NCBI GenBank assembly: GCA_965261345.1
Contig: OZ253449.1
Coordinates: 64,001-128,000, forward strand
Length of the DNA: 64,000 nucleotides
DNA from: Chloroflexota bacterium
GTDB lineage: Bacteria; Chloroflexota; UBA11872; VXNJ01
Reading direction: 5' to 3'
Part shown: positions 62,027 through 64,000 of the stretch, piece by piece
Layout of the letters: every line of letters starts with the position of its first letter
Numbering within the stretch: position 1 is the stretch's first letter
Made by a program: the position numbers and the translations under genes
The notes under the pieces: generated by a model
Told to the model about the DNA's origin: nothing
Seen by the model: only the letters and a program-made list of their open reading frames with translations
Database searches by the model: none

Positions 62027-62349
62027 TCCCTCCGATTTCGATTCCTGAAATCCTGCCAATTCGCTTTGGCCGTCGCAATGTCTGATTGCTGGCGCGCCTT
62101 AGTGCCTCCGCCGAGCAAAATGACCACCGTTTTCCCTTCACGACCGAAATAAATCCTGTAGCCAGGACCAGTATGGATGCGGAATTCCGTTACTCCGCCG
62201 CCAACTCCCTTCGTATTTGAGAGGTTGCCAGTGGCCATTCTGGTTAATCCGGTTGTGATCTTTATTGCTGCCTGGGAATCCAGCCCTGCGAACCATCGGC
62301 CGAATGGACTCCGACCCGTATCGTCCAAGTATTCGCGAAGCTCAGACAT
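62023..62349 (-). CDS. RelE/ParE-family addiction-module toxin
   Basis: G.SPF..WF..L...GN....K.VG.GV.E.RI..GPGYRIYFG...LLGGG.K..Q..DI. Confidence 0.9.
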   Translation of the reverse strand: MSELREYLDDTGRSPFGRWFAGLDSQAAIKITTGLTRMATGNLSNTKGVGGGVTEFRIHTGPGYRIYFGREGKTVVILLGGGTKARQQSDIATAKANWQDFRNRNRRE

Positions 62350-62355
62350 CGATAG

Positions 62356-62377
62356 ATGGTAACATATCCGTTACCAT
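62356..62377. promoter_or_regulatory. Putative TA operator palindrome
   Basis: ATGGTAAC-ATATCC-GTTACCAT just upstream of the toxin start. Confidence 0.6.
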
Positions 62378-62447
62378 GCTGAGTGAAATAGATCAGCGCA
62401 CCTTGAACTGCGAAGGAAGTTGGCTACAAGCCATTTGAGCGCCGCTG

Positions 62448-62475
62448 GTTCGACCTAATCGCCATTATGTCTTGT
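62448..62475 (+). other. dif-like site
   Basis: GTTCGACCTAA-TCGCCA-TTATGTCTTGT. Confidence 0.85.
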
Positions 62476-62585
62476 AACTTAACGCCGTCATCTCCGCTTG
62501 TTGATTGATGAATGATTCCATTTGCTCTCGAGCATGGGACGGTGACTGCGAATAAACTGCGGACTTGTGATCAGACGAGCTTTCG

Positions 62586-63443
62586 TCAACTCTCGTCGTT
62601 GAACCGTTCGTCTTCGTCTTCGCTGTCGGACGAAGAGTTCGCCAATCGCGCAAACAACGACGAGAGGTATTCAAAAGTGCCCGATACAGAGCTATTTGAC
62701 GGCAATCCAGTTAGCGCTTGGCCCAGTTCGTTTAGAGCTACAAAGAGAGTGAAATCTGCCGCGACCAGCGGATGTTCATCTATTCCATCCCTGGACGCAT
62801 CTCCTAGCCCCATTTGCTCGCGAACCTCTGCCAATTCCGCCTTGGCCACTAGGATCAATAGCGCTGCATTGGCGGTCTTGCCCATAAGATGGTCCGGCAC
62901 TAATGGTCCCGGCTCTGTCCCCGGGTATCCGCCGTTGCGCTCAAGAATTGACCGAACTCGGTGATGAACTTCATCGAATGACGTGAAAGACCCACCGTAA
63001 TCGACTATCAAATGTTCGTCGCGACCGTTGATGACGTGAATCCGACCGTGAATCATAATTTCGACATCGGATCTGTCGGAATCGCGCGCCAAATTGCGAA
63101 CAAATCTCGCAAGAACCGCAAAAAGCTCGCCCAATATGCCATGGTCAACAACCAGCAGCGCAGGTAATTGCAATTCATCCGACTTGAGAACGGCCTCAGC
63201 ATACTTGTCGTCGGGAATCAAAGCAGCTACAACCGAGCCACGCGGAAGACTGTCTTTAATACTTCGCAACAATTCACTTGTGTATTGCGGGAAGAGTTCC
63301 AATAGTTCATCGCCGAGTTCAGCGCGGCTTGGGATGGCGATCACTTTTGCGACCTTGGCGTCCCGGGCATTGGCATGGTCAACAGGTAGAGTGGCGATCA
63401 ATTCCTCTAATGACATTCGTGCTTTCCCGACCGAAATATTCAT
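62586..63443 (-). CDS. Hypothetical protein
   Basis: 285-aa acidic ORF with no recognised motif. Confidence 0.55.
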   Translation of the reverse strand: MNISVGKARMSLEELIATLPVDHANARDAKVAKVIAIPSRAELGDELLELFPQYTSELLRSIKDSLPRGSVVAALIPDDKYAEAVLKSDELQLPALLVVDHGILGELFAVLARFVRNLARDSDRSDVEIMIHGRIHVINGRDEHLIVDYGGSFTSFDEVHHRVRSILERNGGYPGTEPGPLVPDHLMGKTANAALLILVAKAELAEVREQMGLGDASRDGIDEHPLVAADFTLFVALNELGQALTGLPSNSSVSGTFEYLSSLFARLANSSSDSEDEDERFNDES

Positions 63444-63763
63444 CTTTCAGGCTGCTTTGTGAGACGGGTGAGCCGCTGATTGTTCATGGCCATAAGGCGT
63501 CGTTCGACCCATCGCTCTCCTGACCGCAACCCAACTGAACCCATAATTGCATTGGGAATACAGTCGTGGTCTTAGCAGTGGTTTTGATTGAACTCTCGGA
63601 TCGGGGCGAAAAGTGGCGGGGAATATTGGAATTTTGGCCTGAATGATGGACGATTCAACCGCACAATATATTGGAACTGGGTCAACCGACGAACAGCCAA
63701 ATCGATCTGTGCTTAGCTCTGCACCGGGAACACTTAGCGATTGGACCTTTCCACACGGGAAAA

Positions 63764-64000
63764 ATGCGAGTGACTGCAAATTTGACGGAATTGATTCGAA
63801 ACGCTCCCTGGCGAGAGGCAATCACCTACCGTGACACCTGGCCCCACGAATATGTGTTGACGGAGAAAGACGGCCAACAGGCGCTCTTGGAAGCCGTTTG
63901 CCAGCGGTTCCGCGCCGGAGAGGGTGTGTCCGGCCGATTCTTCCGCATGCAGAACACGTACCTGTTCATTGGTGACTACAAGTACTGGTTGATGACCCAT
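63764..64000 (+). CDS. Hypothetical protein (partial, runs off window)
   Basis: Hand translation MRVTANLTELIRNAPWREAITYRDTWPHEYV...YLFIGDYKYWLMTH, open to the window end. Confidence 0.6.
   Translation, partial: MRVTANLTELIRNAPWREAITYRDTWPHEYVLTEKDGQQALLEAVCQRFRAGEGVSGRFFRMQNTYLFIGDYKYWLMTH

Noticed and set aside
750-62475. Classical integron with attC sites (GTCTAAC/GTCTAAT resembles the R'' box)
   Set aside because: No matching GTTRRRY with long imperfect hairpins, no intI, cargo faces both ways, and the 11-6-11 architecture with CATAA/TTATG fits Xer sites better.
1-64000. CRISPR array, tRNA or rRNA
   Set aside because: No regularly spaced repeats or recognisable structural RNA genes seen; the repeats at 225-300 and 20690-20770 are IS21 subterminal repeats.

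Overview
A ~58% GC accessory region with no rRNA, tRNA, CRISPR or integrase gene. It carries about 20 intact or decaying toxin-antitoxin loci, candidate defence nucleases and helicases (DUF4268, PD-(D/E)XK, HNH, HelD, GmrSD, an Imm-DEDDh fusion, DUF4238), a few metabolic genes, IS21 x2, IS1182, IS256, IS110, IS1380, IS3 and three group II introns. The main unannotated structure is a series of about 30 intergenic, co-oriented 28-bp dif-like sites (11-bp variable arm, 6-bp spacer, arm resembling TTATGTCTAAT; best copy TATTGCCATAA-TCGCCA-TTATGTTGAGT). They divide the window into cargo modules of roughly 0.2-5 kb, suggesting an integron-like cassette array driven by Xer recombination. Supporting evidence: homology between two related modules starts exactly at a site, and one group II intron has inserted inside a site arm. 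All three introns have unusual GAACAG...GAA termini supported by EBS1/IBS1 and gamma-gamma' pairing. All calls are by eye; no database searches were run.
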